From Sminthopsis crassicaudata (taxonomy: Eukaryota), in contig NC_133617.1 of assembly GCF_048593235.1 (NCBI RefSeq), positions 673,486,958 through 673,550,957 of the forward strand: a stretch of DNA of 64,000 bases. The letters run 5' to 3'. Position 1 is the first letter of the stretch; every line of letters starts with the position of its first letter. The translations under genes and the position numbers were made by a program. The notes below the pieces were generated by a model. That model had not been told where the DNA came from. It worked only from the letters and a program-made list of their open reading frames with translations, and did not search any database. Below, in pieces: positions 63,931-64,000 of this stretch.

Positions 63931-64000
63931 AAATGTTTGTTGAATTCATGAATGTCAGGAGAGATAGAAGGAGGAGGCAGGATCCTTGTCCTCAAGAACC

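Noticed and set aside
47900-64000. Hidden gene, retrocopy or DUSP7 exon in the distal 16 kb
   Set aside because: Only L1/L2/L3/MIR remnants, low-complexity tracts and short non-homologous ORFs were found. Unique stretches (about 53.0-53.3, 60.0-60.4 and 61.6-61.9 kb) could be enhancers, but I cannot support that from sequence alone.

Overview
This is vertebrate genomic DNA, very likely from a dasyurid-type marsupial, judging by WSINE1-like and MAR1-like SINEs and marsupial-type L1 3' ends (recognised from memory, not database-checked). It is syntenic with the human 3p21 block PCBP4(-) / ABHD14B(-) / ABHD14A(+) / ACY1(+) / RPL29(-), followed by about 16 kb of repeat-rich intergenic DNA (towards DUSP7 in human; no DUSP7 exon seen). 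I rebuilt all five spliced genes exon by exon, with consistent reading frames and splice signals. PCBP4 is truncated by the window start. ABHD14B is 210 aa, ABHD14A 246 aa from its exon-2 ATG, ACY1 412 aa and RPL29 233 aa. I found no convincing new gene or multi-gene system. The most unusual feature is RPL29/eL29: the eutherian-type C-terminal half is replaced by a lysine-rich, histone-H1-tail-like array of 13 heptad repeats encoded by a 21/24-bp coding minisatellite. Secondary observations are a GC-AG intron and C-rich acceptors in PCBP4, an in-frame route to a membrane-anchored ABHD14A-ACY1 fusion, the missing upstream ATG in ABHD14A, an LTR-like intronic element with a perfect 20-bp palindrome, a very young SINE insertion and a nested L1. 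Repeat boundaries are approximate unless target-site duplications (TSDs) are given.
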